Below are positions 31,760 through 59,512 of a DNA stretch of 64,000 bases, piece by piece. The stretch's first letter is position 1. Each line of letters begins with the position of its first letter. The position numbers and the translations under genes are program-made. This stretch comes from Eledone cirrhosa (lineage: Eukaryota): assembly GCA_964016885.1 (NCBI GenBank), contig OZ024759.1:21080001-21144000 (forward strand). The letters are read 5' to 3'. The notes below the pieces were generated by a model. It saw nothing but the letters and a program-made list of their open reading frames with translations, was not told the origin of the DNA and did not search any database.

Positions 31760-31959
31760 NNNNNNNNNNNNNNNNNNNNNNNNNNNNNNNNNNNNNNNNN
31801 NNNNNNNNNNNNNNNNNNNNNNNNNNNNNNNNNNNNNNNNNNNNNNNNNNNNNNNNNNNNNNNNNNNNNNNNNNNNNNNNNNNNNNNNNNNNNNNNNNNN
31901 NNNNNNNNNNNNNNNNNNNNNNNNNNNNNNNNNNNNNNNNNNNNNNNNNNNNNNNNNNN
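31760..31959. other. Assembly gap (200 N)
   Basis: Run of N. Confidence 1.
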
Positions 31960-47200
<15,241 letters not shown>

Positions 47201-47328
47201 GTATACACTGTGTATATATGTTAAATGTAATATCAATATATCCAACTATAGTATACATAGTGTATATATATCACATCTAATAGTAATATACCTAATTATT
47301 GTGTAATAGTGTACATATATATATATAG

Positions 47329-47407
<79 letters not shown>

Positions 47408-47409
47408 TA

Positions 47410-47630
47410 GTGAAGGCGTGTGGCTGAGTGGTTAGGGAATTGGATTCGGAATCGTAAGGTTGTGAGTTCGATTCCTGGACCAGGTGATGCGTTATGTCCT
47501 TGAGCAAGACACTTTATTTCACGTTGCTCCTTCTACCTGGAGTTGCGACCGATAGATAGTATTAGCAATTGGAAAGACCAACGGAAACATTGTTCCCTCG
47601 GTCCGATTTGACGAAAGTCGATCGTTCCTT
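47410..47630 (+). mobile_element. Chimeric S2 SINE: tRNA head and partial CORE joined to a distinct ~100-nt tail
   Basis: A box TGGCTGAGTGG, B box GAGTTCGATTCC, GTCCTTGAGCAAGACAC; inverted homologue at 55039-55259. Confidence 0.85.
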
Positions 47631-47638
47631 AAAATATA

Positions 47639-47694
<56 letters not shown>

Positions 47695-47814
47695 TATATA
47701 TGTGTGTGTCTATCAACTGAAATACCAATATACCCAACTATAGTGTGTGTATATATATATATATATGTCTCTCCACCACTCCCCTACACACCCTTGGAAC
47801 TCTCTTTCCACACA

Positions 47815-47852
47815 CTTTTCACCTGAAGAAGGGCTTATGCCCGAAACGTCGT
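47815..47852 (+). ncRNA. Minimal PLE-type hammerhead motif in a TA-flanked island (47766-47942)
   Basis: CTGAAGA A GGGC TTAT GCCC GAA ACGT C; palindromic ACGT stem III; only 2 bp of local stem I; AATAAA at about 47890. Confidence 0.7.
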
Positions 47853-47938
47853 TCCCCACCACCACCCCACTCTCAAGAGCGTGAAACTAATAAACCTTTG
47901 TTCGTACTGCCTCTCTGTTTTGTTCCCGTTCAATTTTT

Positions 47939-47982
<44 letters not shown>

Positions 47983-48336
47983 TTATATCAACTATAGTAT
48001 ATAATATATATATTTCAAATGTAATACCAACATACCTGACTTTACCGGTGATCACGATTTAACAGTTCACAAAATATAAACTTCTATTTCAAATTTAATC
48101 CTGCTTGGGATTGTACAATTATCGAGGTTTGAAAGGCTCGCCCATGTTAATATGGTGTTGGGGAGAAAATTTGTCGGGTGGCAATTTAAAATTGGAAAGA
48201 TATTGTGAAAACCTGTGATTGCAAAAAGAGGAATATAATGTGGGTCTCTGAACGATACAGTTATTGAGATTTTAGAAAGCTTCTTCGTGTTAATATGGCG
48301 CTCGGGTGATAAATTATTCTATCAATGTCTCTAGGC

Positions 48337-48708
48337 CAACAGTCGACAACCTTTCGAACATTGAATTCTTGATTTTGAATCTCGTAGACCACTAATATGA
48401 ATTTAAAAGAAAAAAGAAAAATACATTTGTAAAATAATGATCAGAGAACTTCCATTTTATTAAACAATACTGAAGTGTGTGTGTGTCATATTGTCGATAG
48501 ATGATACATATGTGTAAAATTATTTCATGGATGTTAGTTCTTTATTGAGGAGAAACATTTTTTAGGGGTGCTATAAAATATATATATATATATTTTTTTG
48601 GGGGGGGGGGGGGGGGGGTATTAATAATTAATTAAAAAAATTGCAAATAATGTCCAATCTTTTGTGTGGACCACCAGTGGTTGGCGGACCACCGGTTGGC
48701 AACCGCTG
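48337..48708. mobile_element. Non-autonomous hAT-superfamily MITE
   Basis: Perfect 8-bp TSD CTCTAGGC at 48329-48336 and 48709-48716; imperfect TIRs CAACAGTCGACAACC / GGTTGGCAACCGCTG. Confidence 0.85.
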
Positions 48709-48799
48709 CTCTAGGCTGTTCTATATGTAAAGTAATTATTGATTAAGAAATATCATTCGTCCTTTGTGATATTTTTCTCCGTCTCATTATTACAACAAC

Positions 48800-49402
48800 G
48801 TTTGCGGCTTATATTGACGGTTCTTTACATTCTGAGTACAAATTTCGCCAATGTTAGCTTTGCCTTTCGTCCTTACGCGGCAGATAAAATAAAGCATCAG
48901 TAATACCAGTAATGCACTTGGGTCGACTTAATCGATTTTCCCTCCGCCAAAATCTGTAGGGAAAGTGTGTTTTTTTGAAAGTGTTGAAAATAAATCTGTA
49001 TGAAGTGTTTTGTGAAAGATCGCAAAAAAAATCTATATGAAAAGTGTTTTATAAAAGTTCGAAAAAAAAACCCGAATGAAAAGTGTATTTTGAGAACGGT
49101 CGAAAAAATAAAATCTATATGAAAAGTGTTTTTGAAAGTGTCGAAGAACAATCTGTATGAAAAGTATGTTTTTGAAAGTGTCGAAAATAAAATCTGTATG
49201 AAAAGTATGTTTTTGAAAGTGTCGAAAATAAAATCTGTATGAAAAGTATGTTTTTGAAATTGTCGAAAATAAAATCTATATGAAAAGCCCGTTTTGTAAA
49301 AGGTCGAAAAAATATCTATATGAAATGGGATCAAACTACTTGACTTTCCCCTCCTCAAAAATTGTTGGCCTTCTGCCCAAATCAGAAACAATTATTATTA
49401 TT
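48800..49402 (+). mobile_element. SINE S1 with a 41-bp minisatellite in its tail
   Basis: S1 core at 48830-48910; array at about 48950-49325; SINE-like tail ending AGAAACAATTATTATTA. Confidence 0.7.
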
Positions 49403-49531
49403 AAGTTTGCACTGTGAATATAATTACTGAACCTGTCGAATCTTAAGGGCCTTAGTCAGACGGTACGTTCCTGAGTATATCGGCAGAGTTTTGTAGGAGA
49501 GCAATTTGTGTTTCGAGGTCTATTTGCTTAA

Positions 49532-49736
49532 CTCTTTTGCATTCAAACCCGCCATATCCGGCCAGAATTCTCTCACCTCTTTCTAGTCAAACCATCTGTA
49601 ACTGGCCACTCATACTAATGTTAAGGTATTGTTCTCAAGATAAATAATATCAAAATCTCATAGATTCAATATTATGTGAGGTAAAGTCTTTACCACGAAA
49701 ATACAATAAATATAGAGTAATGTAAATGGTAAAGAG
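49532..49736. mobile_element. Degenerate TTAA-type (piggyBac-like) MITE
   Basis: TTAA|CTCTTTTGCATT at the left end and AATGGTAAAGAG|TGTA at the right end (imperfect TIR, decayed right TSD). Confidence 0.45.
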
Positions 49737-49974
49737 TGTAGTTGTTATATAGTTAAGGTTTAAGTTTTAACAACAGAAACTTTTAGTAGCTTTATAGTGA
49801 AATTATCACATGATCCTCATGACAAGGGCAATGTGTCCGAACACGGAAAAGCCGAACTCCCACCATCATCTCCCTCATCTTTCTCGCCCTCCCCATCTCT
49901 CTCTATATATTTCAGGGAATTTTTTAGTTTTTTCGAGACTAAAAGTCAAATGAGAACTGGAATTATTTCGTTGT

Positions 49975-50190
49975 TGTTCCAGGTCGATAAACAAACTACC
50001 AGTCAAGTACTGAGATCAATTTTTCCTCTGTATTTCTTTCTTTCTCTATCTTTTAAGGTCGATAAACAAAGTACCAGTCGAGTACTGGAGTCAGTTCTTC
50101 CTCTATATCTCTTTCTCACTTCCTCGCTATCTTTTAAGGTCGATAAACAAAGTACCAGTCTAGTACTGGAGTCAATTCTTCCTCCATATA
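49975..50190 (+). repeat. Three tandem copies of an S1 SINE tail segment
   Basis: AGGTCGATAAACAAA.TACCAGTC.AGTACTG at 49981, 50056 and 50137. Confidence 0.8.
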
Positions 50191-50196
50191 TCTTTC

Positions 50197-51819
50197 TCAC
50201 TACCATTATCTCACTACCGTTCTCTCACTACCATTCTCTCACTACCATTCTCTCACTTCCATTCTCTCACTACCATTCTCTCACTACCATTATCTCACTA
50301 CCGTTATCTCACTACCATTCTCTCACTTCCATTCTCTCACTACCATTCTCTCACTACCATTCTCTCACTACCATTCTCTCACTTCCATTCTCTCACTACC
50401 ATTCTCTCACTTCCATTCTCTCACTACCATTCTCTCACTACCATTCTCTCACTTCCATTCTCTCACTACCATTCTCTCACTACCATTCTCTCACTTCCAT
50501 TCTCTCACTACCATTCTCTCACTACCATTCTCTCACTTCCATTCTCTCACTACCATTCTCTCACTACCATTCTCTCACTACCATTCTCTCACTACCATTC
50601 TCTCACTACCATTCTCTCACTTCCATTCTCTCACTACCATTCTCTCACTACCATTCTCTCACTACCATTCTCTCACTTCCATTCTCTCACTTCCATTCTC
50701 TCACTTCCATTCTCTCACTTCCATTCTCTCACTACCATTCTCTCACTACCATTCTCTCACTATCATTCTCTCACTACCATTCTCTCACTACCAGTCTCTC
50801 ACTACCATTCTCTCACTACCATTCTCTCACTTCCATTCTCTCACTACCATTCTCTCACTACCATTCTCTCACTTCCATTCTCTCACTACCATTCTCTCAC
50901 TACCATTCTCTCACTTCCATTCTCTCACTTCCATTCTCTCACTACCATTCTCTCACTACCAGTCTCTCACTACCATTCTCTCACTACCATTCTCTCACTA
51001 CCATTCTCTCACTACCGTTCTCTCACTTCCATTCTCTCACTACCGTTCTCTCACTACCAGTCTCTCACTACCGTTCTCTCACTTCCATTCTCTCACTACC
51101 ATTCTCTCACTACCGTTCTCTCACTTCCATTCTCTCACTACCATTATCTCACTACCATTATCTCACTACCATTATCTCACTACCGTTATCTCACTACCAT
51201 TCTCTCACTACCATTCTCTCACTACCATTCTCTCACTACCATTCTCTCACTTCCGTTCTCTCACTACCGTTCTCTCACTACCATTCTCTCACTACCAGTC
51301 TCTCACTACCATTCTCTCACTTCCATTCTCTCACTACCATTCTCTCTACCATTCTCTCACTACCATTCTCTCACTACCATCCTCTCACTACCATTATCTC
51401 ACTACCATTATCTCACTACCGTTATCTCACTTCCATTCTCTCACTACCATTCTCTCACTACCATTCTCTCACTTCCATTCTCTCACTACCATTCTCTCAC
51501 TACCATTTTCTCACTACCATTCTCTCACTACTATTCTCTCACTTCCATTCTCTCACTTCCATTCTCTCACTACCATTCTCTCACTTCCATTCTCTCACTA
51601 CCATTCTCTCGCTACCATTCTCTCGCTACCATTCTCTCACTACCATTCTCTCACTTCCATTCTCTCACTACCATTCTCTCACTACCATTCTCTCACTACC
51701 ATTCTCTCACTACCATTCTCTCAGTACCATTCTCTCACTACCATTCTCTCACTTCCATTCTCTCACTACCATTCTCTCACTACCATTCTCTCACTACCAT
51801 TCTCTCACTACCATTCTCT
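50197..51819. repeat. 14-bp minisatellite TACCATTCTCTCAC, roughly 115 copies
   Basis: Period of 14; the common variant is TTCCATTCTCTCAC. Confidence 0.97.
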
Positions 51820-52017
51820 GCCTCTCTCTATCCTTCTCTGTAAGAAATCTGCTGTGTTCAGGCCTGGAGAGATGGACTCCACCAGGTTCTAAAATGCCAA
51901 AGAATCTCTGTATGTCAATAGGGCACCCCTACCACTCCCTCGGGAGTTATGGTTAAAAGTAAAAAATAAAATAAGGTTATATTGACTATATTCGATCTTC
52001 TGTGAATCATGATATCG

Positions 52018-52800
52018 ATGTTGTTGCTGCTGCTGCTGCTGCTGTTGCTGCTGAGTTGTGGTTCTGTTGTTGTCATTGTCGCTACTACTGATGTTGTTGT
52101 TTTTGTTGCCGCTGTGGTTGTGGTTACTGTTGTTGTCGTTGTCATTGTCACTGTTGTTGTTTTTGGTGCCGTTGTTCTTGTTACTGTTGTGGTTGTCGTT
52201 GTTATTGTTGTCGTTACTACTGTTGTCGTTATTATTGCTGTTGTTATTATTGCTGTTGTTGTGGTTACTTTTGTTTTTGTTATCGTTGTCATCGTTGCTT
52301 CTGTTGTCACTGTTGTTGTTGTTGTTTCTGCTGTGGTTGTTGTTGTTGTCACTGTTGTTGTTTCTGTTGTTGTTGTCACTGTTGTTGTTGTCACTGTTGT
52401 TGTTACTGTTGTTGTCGTCGTCGTCGTTGCTTCTGTTGTCACTGTTGTTGTTGTTGTTGTTGTTTCTGCTGTGGTTGTTGTTACTGTTGTCATTGCTGTT
52501 GTTACTGGTGTTGTTGTTGCTGTTGTCACAGTCGTTGTTGTTGTCGCTGTTGGTGTTACTGTTGTTGTTGTCACAGTCGTTGTTGTTGTCGCTGTTGGTG
52601 TTACTGTTGTTGTTGTCACAGTCGTTGTTGTTGTCGCTGTTGGTGTTACTGTTGTTGTTGCTGTTGTCACTGTTGTTGTTGTTACTGTTGTCGTCGTTGC
52701 TGGTGTTACTGTTGTCGTCGTTGCTGGTGTTACTGTTGTTGGTGTTGGTGTTACTGTTGTTACTGTTGTCGTTGTTGTTGCTGTTGTTGTTGTTTCTGCC
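52018..52800. repeat. (GTT)n-based low-complexity tract
   Basis: Seen directly. Confidence 0.9.
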
Positions 52801-53239
52801 GTTATCTTTAAAAACGCTGTAGGTCTTAACTACCGGAAATGGAGCGAAAACTAACGAAAGAAGAAAAAATAAATATTTAAAAAGACTTCCCATCAATATT
52901 CTGAAGACTTCCACAACAACAACAACAACAACAACAACAGTTCAGGCTATCATCATAGTCATCATCAGCATCATCAGCATCATCATCATAGACTAATGTT
53001 ATCAGCATAATCTTCAACAGCATAAAGTATCATTATCATCATCATCATCATCATTGTTATTATTATCATTATTGTTATTATTGTTGTTGATATCATTATC
53101 AATATGTTCGTCCCTATACATTCTCGTTGATATTATTTGTCGTTATCCTTATTGGTTTTACCACTACTACTGCTACTACTACTACTACTACTACTGCTGC
53201 TGCTACTTCTACTATTACTACTATTACTACTACTACTAT

Positions 53240-53273
<34 letters not shown>

Positions 53274-53402
53274 ACTACTACTACCACCACCACTACCACT
53301 ACTACTACTCCTACTGCTACTACTACAAAAATAAACAATCTAACATAGAAACAAATATAAAAGATGGGGCGAAAAGGGATTGCTTATTTTACCCATACAC
53401 TC

Positions 53403-53445
<43 letters not shown>

Positions 53446-53499
53446 GTGTGTGTGTGTGTATGAAAATGTGTATGTGCGTGTATAATCTATACATTATAT

Positions 53500-53954
53500 A
53501 TATATATGTATATATGTGTTTATCTATGTATGTATTTGTATATATATATATATGTATATGTGTGTGTGTGTGTGTGTGTTTATCTATGTATGTATTTGTA
53601 TATATATATATATATATTTGTATATATATATATGTGTGTGTGTGTGTTTATCTATGTATGTATTTGTATATATATATATATGTATATGTGTGTGTGTGTG
53701 TGTGTTTATCTATGTATGTATTTGTATATATATATATGTATATGTATATGTGTGTGTGTGTGTGGTTATCTATGTATGTATTTGTATATATATATGTATA
53801 TGTGTGTGTGTGTTTATCTATGTATGTATTTGTATATATATATATATATGTATATGTGTGTGTGTGTGTGTGTGGTTATCTATGTATGTATTTGTATATA
53901 TATATATATATTTGTATATATATATATGTGTGTGTGTTTATCTATGTATGTATT

Positions 53955-54007
<53 letters not shown>

Positions 54008-54310
54008 TTATCTATGTATGTATTTGTATATATATATATATATGTATATGTGTGTGTGTTTATCTATGTATGTATTTGTATATATATATATATATATGTA
54101 TATGTGTGTGTGTTTATCTATGTATGTATTTGTATATATATATATATATATATGTATATGTGTGTGTGTGTGTGTTTATCTATGTATGTATTTGTATATA
54201 TATATATATATATGTATATGTGTGTGTGTTTATCTATGTATGTATTTGTATATATATGTATATGTGTGTGTGTGTGTGTTTATTTATGTATATATTTGTA
54301 TATATATACA
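53500..54310. repeat. Compound minisatellite GTTTATCTATGTATGTATTTG(TA)n(TG)n, about 14 units
   Basis: Constant 21-nt core separated by variable-length microsatellite spacers. Confidence 0.9.
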
Positions 54311-54675
54311 TGTGTATATATATATATATAAATATATATAGTGTTGTTACTTCGTTGAAATCTCATCAAATGATAAGCCACTTGTCTTCCTTCGCATCCG
54401 CCATTTTGTTCCAGTTCCACGTCCTGTGATATTGGTTAATGCATTGTATGTATATCGATATGTGTGTGTGTGTATATATATTCGTGAAGTTTATTTATAT
54501 ATATATATATATATATATACGTGTGTGTGTGTGTGTAGATATGTGTATAGATGTGTGTGCATGCATGCCCATTTTATGCTATTGAATATGTAATACTCGG
54601 CATCTGTAGTGTACGGCTTCGTGCCTAAATGTAGATATGCACATACACACTATAATATATATATATATATATATA

Positions 54676-54867
54676 GGAACAGGTAAGACCCCGACGGCAG
54701 AGCTCAAGCCATTTCGACGGCTAATTCTGAAGTCCATAATTAGTCGTCGAAACGGCTTGAGCTCTGCCGTCGGGGTCTTACATGTTCCTATTACCCACTC
54801 TACTACCCTAAGTATTGAGTACTTTGGTGCGTTATGGTCCACCTGGTTCCTTACCACATTTCCTTCG

Positions 54868-54868
<1 letters not shown>
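54676..54868 (+). mobile_element. HP1 copy D
   Basis: Arms GGAACAGGTAAGACCCC...GGGGTCTTACATGTTCC plus tail; (TA)n flanks. Confidence 0.92.
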
Positions 54869-54912
<44 letters not shown>

Positions 54913-55038
54913 GATGTGTGTGTGTGTAGTATAGGTGTTTCAGTGAATTACTGGTAGTTGTAGATATGTATGTATATCTGTGTATGTGTATACATATGAA
55001 TGTGTATACATATATATATATATATATACATATATATA

Positions 55039-55256
55039 AAGGAACGATCGACTTTCGTCAAATCGGACCGAGGGAACAATGTTTCCGTTGGTCTTTCCAA
55101 TTGCTAATACTATCTATCGGTCGCAACTCCAGGTAGAAGGAGCAACGTGAAATAAAGTGTCTTGCTCAAGGACATAACGCATCGCCTGGTCCAGGAATCG
55201 AACTCACAACCTTACGATTGTGAATCCAAATCTCTAACCACTCCGCCACACGCCTT

Positions 55257-55259
<3 letters not shown>
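55039..55259 (-). mobile_element. Chimeric S2 SINE, inverted homologue of 47410-47630
   Basis: Reverse-complement match; the differences are confined to the tRNA head. Confidence 0.85.
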
Positions 55260-55310
<51 letters not shown>

Positions 55311-55457
55311 TATATATGCGTGTGTGTGTATATATATGCGAGTGTATATACACATATATATATATATACATATATATACATATACACATATATATATATA
55401 TAAATAAACACATATATATATGCGTGTGTGTGTATATATATGCGAGTGTATATACAC

Positions 55458-55526
<69 letters not shown>

Positions 55527-55714
55527 TATATACACATATATATATACACATATATATATACACATATATATATATATACACACATATATATATATATATA
55601 TATGCGTCAAATACGGCGTCAGCATATGTTACTACCTAATTTTAAAATCTTTTAAAATTAAAGTCCAATATTCAATCTATCTATTATATAATTTTAAACA
55701 AGTTAATTATATAT

Positions 55715-55781
55715 TTGTGGCCCCATAGCAAATGATCCACAGACTGGTACCGGTTCGCCGCCTGGTGGTTGGAGACCTCTG
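55715..55781. mobile_element. Possible right end of a hAT (Charlie-like) MITE
   Basis: Ends GGTGGTTGGAGACCTCTG, similar to the right end at 48708; no left end found. Confidence 0.4.
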
Positions 55782-56004
55782 TCATATAGGGTAGGGCACA
55801 GCAGTTGGAGTGCTAGGTATAGGATTCTCAGTCCAGTACAAAATGGTTACCCTAGATGTGAATGTTAGTAAGTACCTACCTATGCTAGATGGGGTTGACA
55901 AGGAAGGACCAACCCATGAAGTAGATAAGGATCTGGAACACTTTGACCCAGGCAGAAGCACAAGGATATACATATGTATGTGTGTGTATATATGTATGTG
56001 TGTG

Positions 56005-56049
<45 letters not shown>

Positions 56050-56610
56050 ATAATATACATGTATCTATATACATATATGTGCATACATAATATATAATAT
56101 ACATGTCTGTATATATGTATGTATATATATATATATACACACACATGTATGTATGTACTTATATGTATATAAATATGTTTATACTTGTATATGTATATAT
56201 ATTTATATTTGTACGTGTGTATATATAATATATATACACATATATTATGTACTTATATATATATATATATATTATATCTGTGTGTTTATATGTATATAAC
56301 GACACATGGCAGTAGGTAACAGATTCTATATTCTAGCGACTGTCGGTAATTCGCTCCTCATTAAATTGATTGATCACTTAATTTACCTGCCAGTCTGGCT
56401 GTCTACCTGTCTGACTAGCTAGACTTAGGTGCTGTATATATAGAGATAGATAGATAGCTATAGCATATATATATATAGAGAGAGAGAGAGCATATAGATA
56501 GATAGATATAGCATATATATATGCATGCTATTTCAAGCGTCAAAGTAATATATTCCTTCCATATACTGTACCGTTTGTGTTGTTATTTCTGTTTACCGTT
56601 TACACACACA

Positions 56611-56671
<61 letters not shown>

Positions 56672-57221
56672 TTATATATATATATATGAGCATTCACAGG
56701 TATGTGTACCTTTCATAGGGAACTTCAACGAGACGCACTTAGTGACAAGGCTGGCTGTTTGACTTACAGGTAGTCCATCCGACGGGATATCAAACCTCTT
56801 CTGTGTTTCTGTCTACCCAATTTCCATCAGAAGGGTTAGGTCTACCTGGGACTATGGTAAATGGCACTTGTCGTATACTAGCCTCGAACCTGAGCATGGA
56901 TGTACCCGTGATTACAGTAAACGACACGTACCCAAGATGCCATACACTACGCTCCAAACTAAGCATGGATAGGCCCATATTTAGTCACACTTACCCAAAA
57001 TGCCATAGATTAGAATCGAACACCATCATGGATGGACCCCTAGTAACAGTAAAAGACATTTATTTAAGATACATTAAAGCTCCGACGTCTGGTAACTGAC
57101 TTGGTAGATACTCAGAAGAATTCCATATGTCTAACACCCGTTGACATACTTACAAAGTCAGAAAACAGCACAGCTCCCATGACTGTTAGATATTTTTTTT
57201 TCCCGCTCAGAGCTGCTGAAG

Positions 57222-58014
57222 CATGGAACAAACTACCTGCATCAGTTGTTAGCTGCCAAGACACTGCATCCTTTAAAACCTCCATTGAACAAACTACCTG
57301 CATCAGTTGTTAGCTGCCGGGACACTGCATCCTTTAAAACCTCCATTGAACAAACTACCTGCAACAGTTGTTAGCTGCCAAGACACTGCATCCTTTAAAA
57401 CCTCCATTGAACAAACTACCTGCATCAGTTGTTAGCTGTCGGGACACTGCATCCTTTAAAACCTCCATTGAACAAACTACCTGCATCAGTTGTTAGCTGC
57501 CAAGACACTGCATCCTTTAAAACTTCCATGGAACAAACTACCTGCAACAGTTGTTAGCTGCCAAGACACTGCATCCTTTAAAACCTCCATGGAACAAACT
57601 ACCTGCATCAGTTGTTAGCTGCCGGGACACTGCATCCTTTAAAACCTCCATGGAACAATCTACCTGCAACAGTTGTTAGCTGCCAAGACACTGCATCCTT
57701 TAAAACCTCCATGGAACAAACTACCTGCATCAGTTGTTAGCTGTCAAGACACTGCATCCTTTAAAACCTCCATTGAACAAATTACCTGCATCAGTTGTTA
57801 GCTGTCAAGACACTGCATCCTTTAAAACCTCCATTGAACAAACTACCTGCATCAGTTGTTAGCTGCCAAGACACTGCATCCTTTAAAACCCCCATGGAAC
57901 AAACTACCTGCATCAGTTGTTAGCAGCCAAGACACTGCATCCTTTAAAACCTCCGTGGAACAAACTACCTGCATCAGTTGTTAGCTGTCGGGACACTGCA
58001 TCCTTCAAAACTTC
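57222..58014 (+). repeat. 13 x 61-bp tandem array derived from the LINE ORF end
   Basis: Unit CATGGAACAAACTACCTGCATCAGTTGTTAGCTGCCAAGACACTGCATCCTTTAAAACCTC; period of 61. Confidence 0.97.
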
Positions 58015-58132
58015 CATGCTTACTGAAATTTGCCGACACTACACCTGATATTCCACCCCATACACAGGCACGCATATGTGTCTGTATCTGTGTATACCAG
58101 GACTCATACACTGTTTACTATCCTGATATTTT

Positions 58133-58288
58133 TACTTTATTCTATCGACCACGTAAGGATGAAAGGCAAAGTTAACCTCAAATCCCGCCGAAGTTAACTT
58201 TGCCTTTCATCCTTTCAGGGTCGATAAAATAAAGTACCAGTAATGCACTGATAATTGCTGACCTTGTGCCAAAAGTAGAAACAATTAT
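58133..58288 (+). mobile_element. SINE S1 with an inverted 47-bp copy at its 5' end, inserted in the LINE 3' UTR
   Basis: 58133-58179 is an imperfect reverse complement of 58190-58236. Confidence 0.8.
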
Positions 58289-59512
58289 TCTCTGTACTAT
58301 ACATGCACCTTTGATGAGTTGTATTGCACCTGAGCACTGTACACAATAATTTTCATTGAATTAGACCATAGACTAGGACATGGATGGACTTGAGGTTATA
58401 GTAGATCATACTTACCCATCATACCATATATGGTATCCAACACGGACACACGGGTGTACCTTAGGTTAGGGTAAATCACCCAAAATGTCCTATAGTAGAA
58501 TCGTACCCGAGATCTAATGATTGCGAAGTGACCCCCTTAACCATCCGACTCTCTGATTCTGTCAATTCTTTGCCGTATATATCAAAGGCTAATTAATTAA
58601 AGATGTCTGCGATACTTACTTTAATCAGTTGCTATGATGGGGTCCCGGTGGAAGGGTGGATGTAGGACCCTAATGAGGTTTTCGGCGACAGGAGCTGCTT
58701 CGAATATGTAAGATATAAGGCTGGTGGTGTTAATACGTCTCTCTCTCCCTCTCCTTCTCTCTCTTCCTCTCTCCCTCTCCTTCTCTCTCTTCCTCTCCCC
58801 TCTCTCCTCGTCTCTCCTTCGCCGTCGCCGCATCAACCTGGGTAGGTGGGAGTGGGATTCCTTTTCGTAAAAATGGGATTTTGTGGGGTTGTAACTGATA
58901 CCTAACGTGTGTGTGGTTGGAAGGGGAAGAAAGGGGTGGTGGTGGTGGTAGTAGTGTTTGTGGTAGTACGGAGGTGGTGGTAGTACGGTGTTGGTTTGGT
59001 AGTGTCGGTGATAGTATGGTGGTGGTGGTGGTGGTGGTCTTTGTGGTAGTACGGTGGTGATGATTTGATAGTGTGGGTGGTGTCAGTGGTGGTGGTAATG
59101 GTGGTGGTAGTATGATGGTGGTGGTGGTAGTGTTTGTGGTAGTACGATAATGGTGTCAGTAGTGTTGGTGGTAGCGTGGTTAACGTTGGCGATAGTATGG
59201 TGGTAGTGTTGGTGATAGTACGGTGGGGGTTTGGCAGGGTTGGTGTTAGTATGGTAGTAGTATTGGTGATAGTATCGTTAGTGGCATCAATGGTGGTAGT
59301 GTTGGTGATAGTATGGTAGTGGTAACAGTGGTGAGTGTGATAGTGGTGGTGGTAGTATGGTAGTGGTAACAGTGGTGAGGGTGATAGTGGTGGTAGGGTT
59401 GGTGATAGTGTTGGTGGTAGTATCGGTATTGTTATCAGCTGTGGTGTTAGTAGTGGTGATGGTGGAGGTATTATTGGTGTGTTAAAGATTACATGTAAGG
59501 CAGGGTTACCAG

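Larger units (their letters stand above)
57067..58357 (+). mobile_element. 3' end of a CR1/L2-group LINE (decayed)
   Basis: Frameshifted peptides DTLKLRRLVTDL, NTR*HTYKVRK and FFPLRAAEAWNKLPASVVSCQDTASFK match the CR1 ORF2 C-terminal pattern (L..RR...DL; TRGH..K; FF..R....WN.LP..VV......FK). The ORF ends MLTEICRHYT* at about 58049. Confidence 0.85.

Noticed and set aside
47410-47485. tRNA gene
   Set aside because: A and B boxes are present but there is no proper acceptor stem, and the sequence continues into a SINE core.
49797-51956. 719-aa ORF with LPFSHYHSLTTILS repeats
   Set aside because: It is three turns of a 14-bp unit, and the N-terminal part is SINE tail sequence.
57222-58014. CRISPR-like regular array (also considered for 53500-54310 and 48950-49325)
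   Set aside because: Head-to-tail repeats without unique spacers, no cas genes, eukaryotic context.
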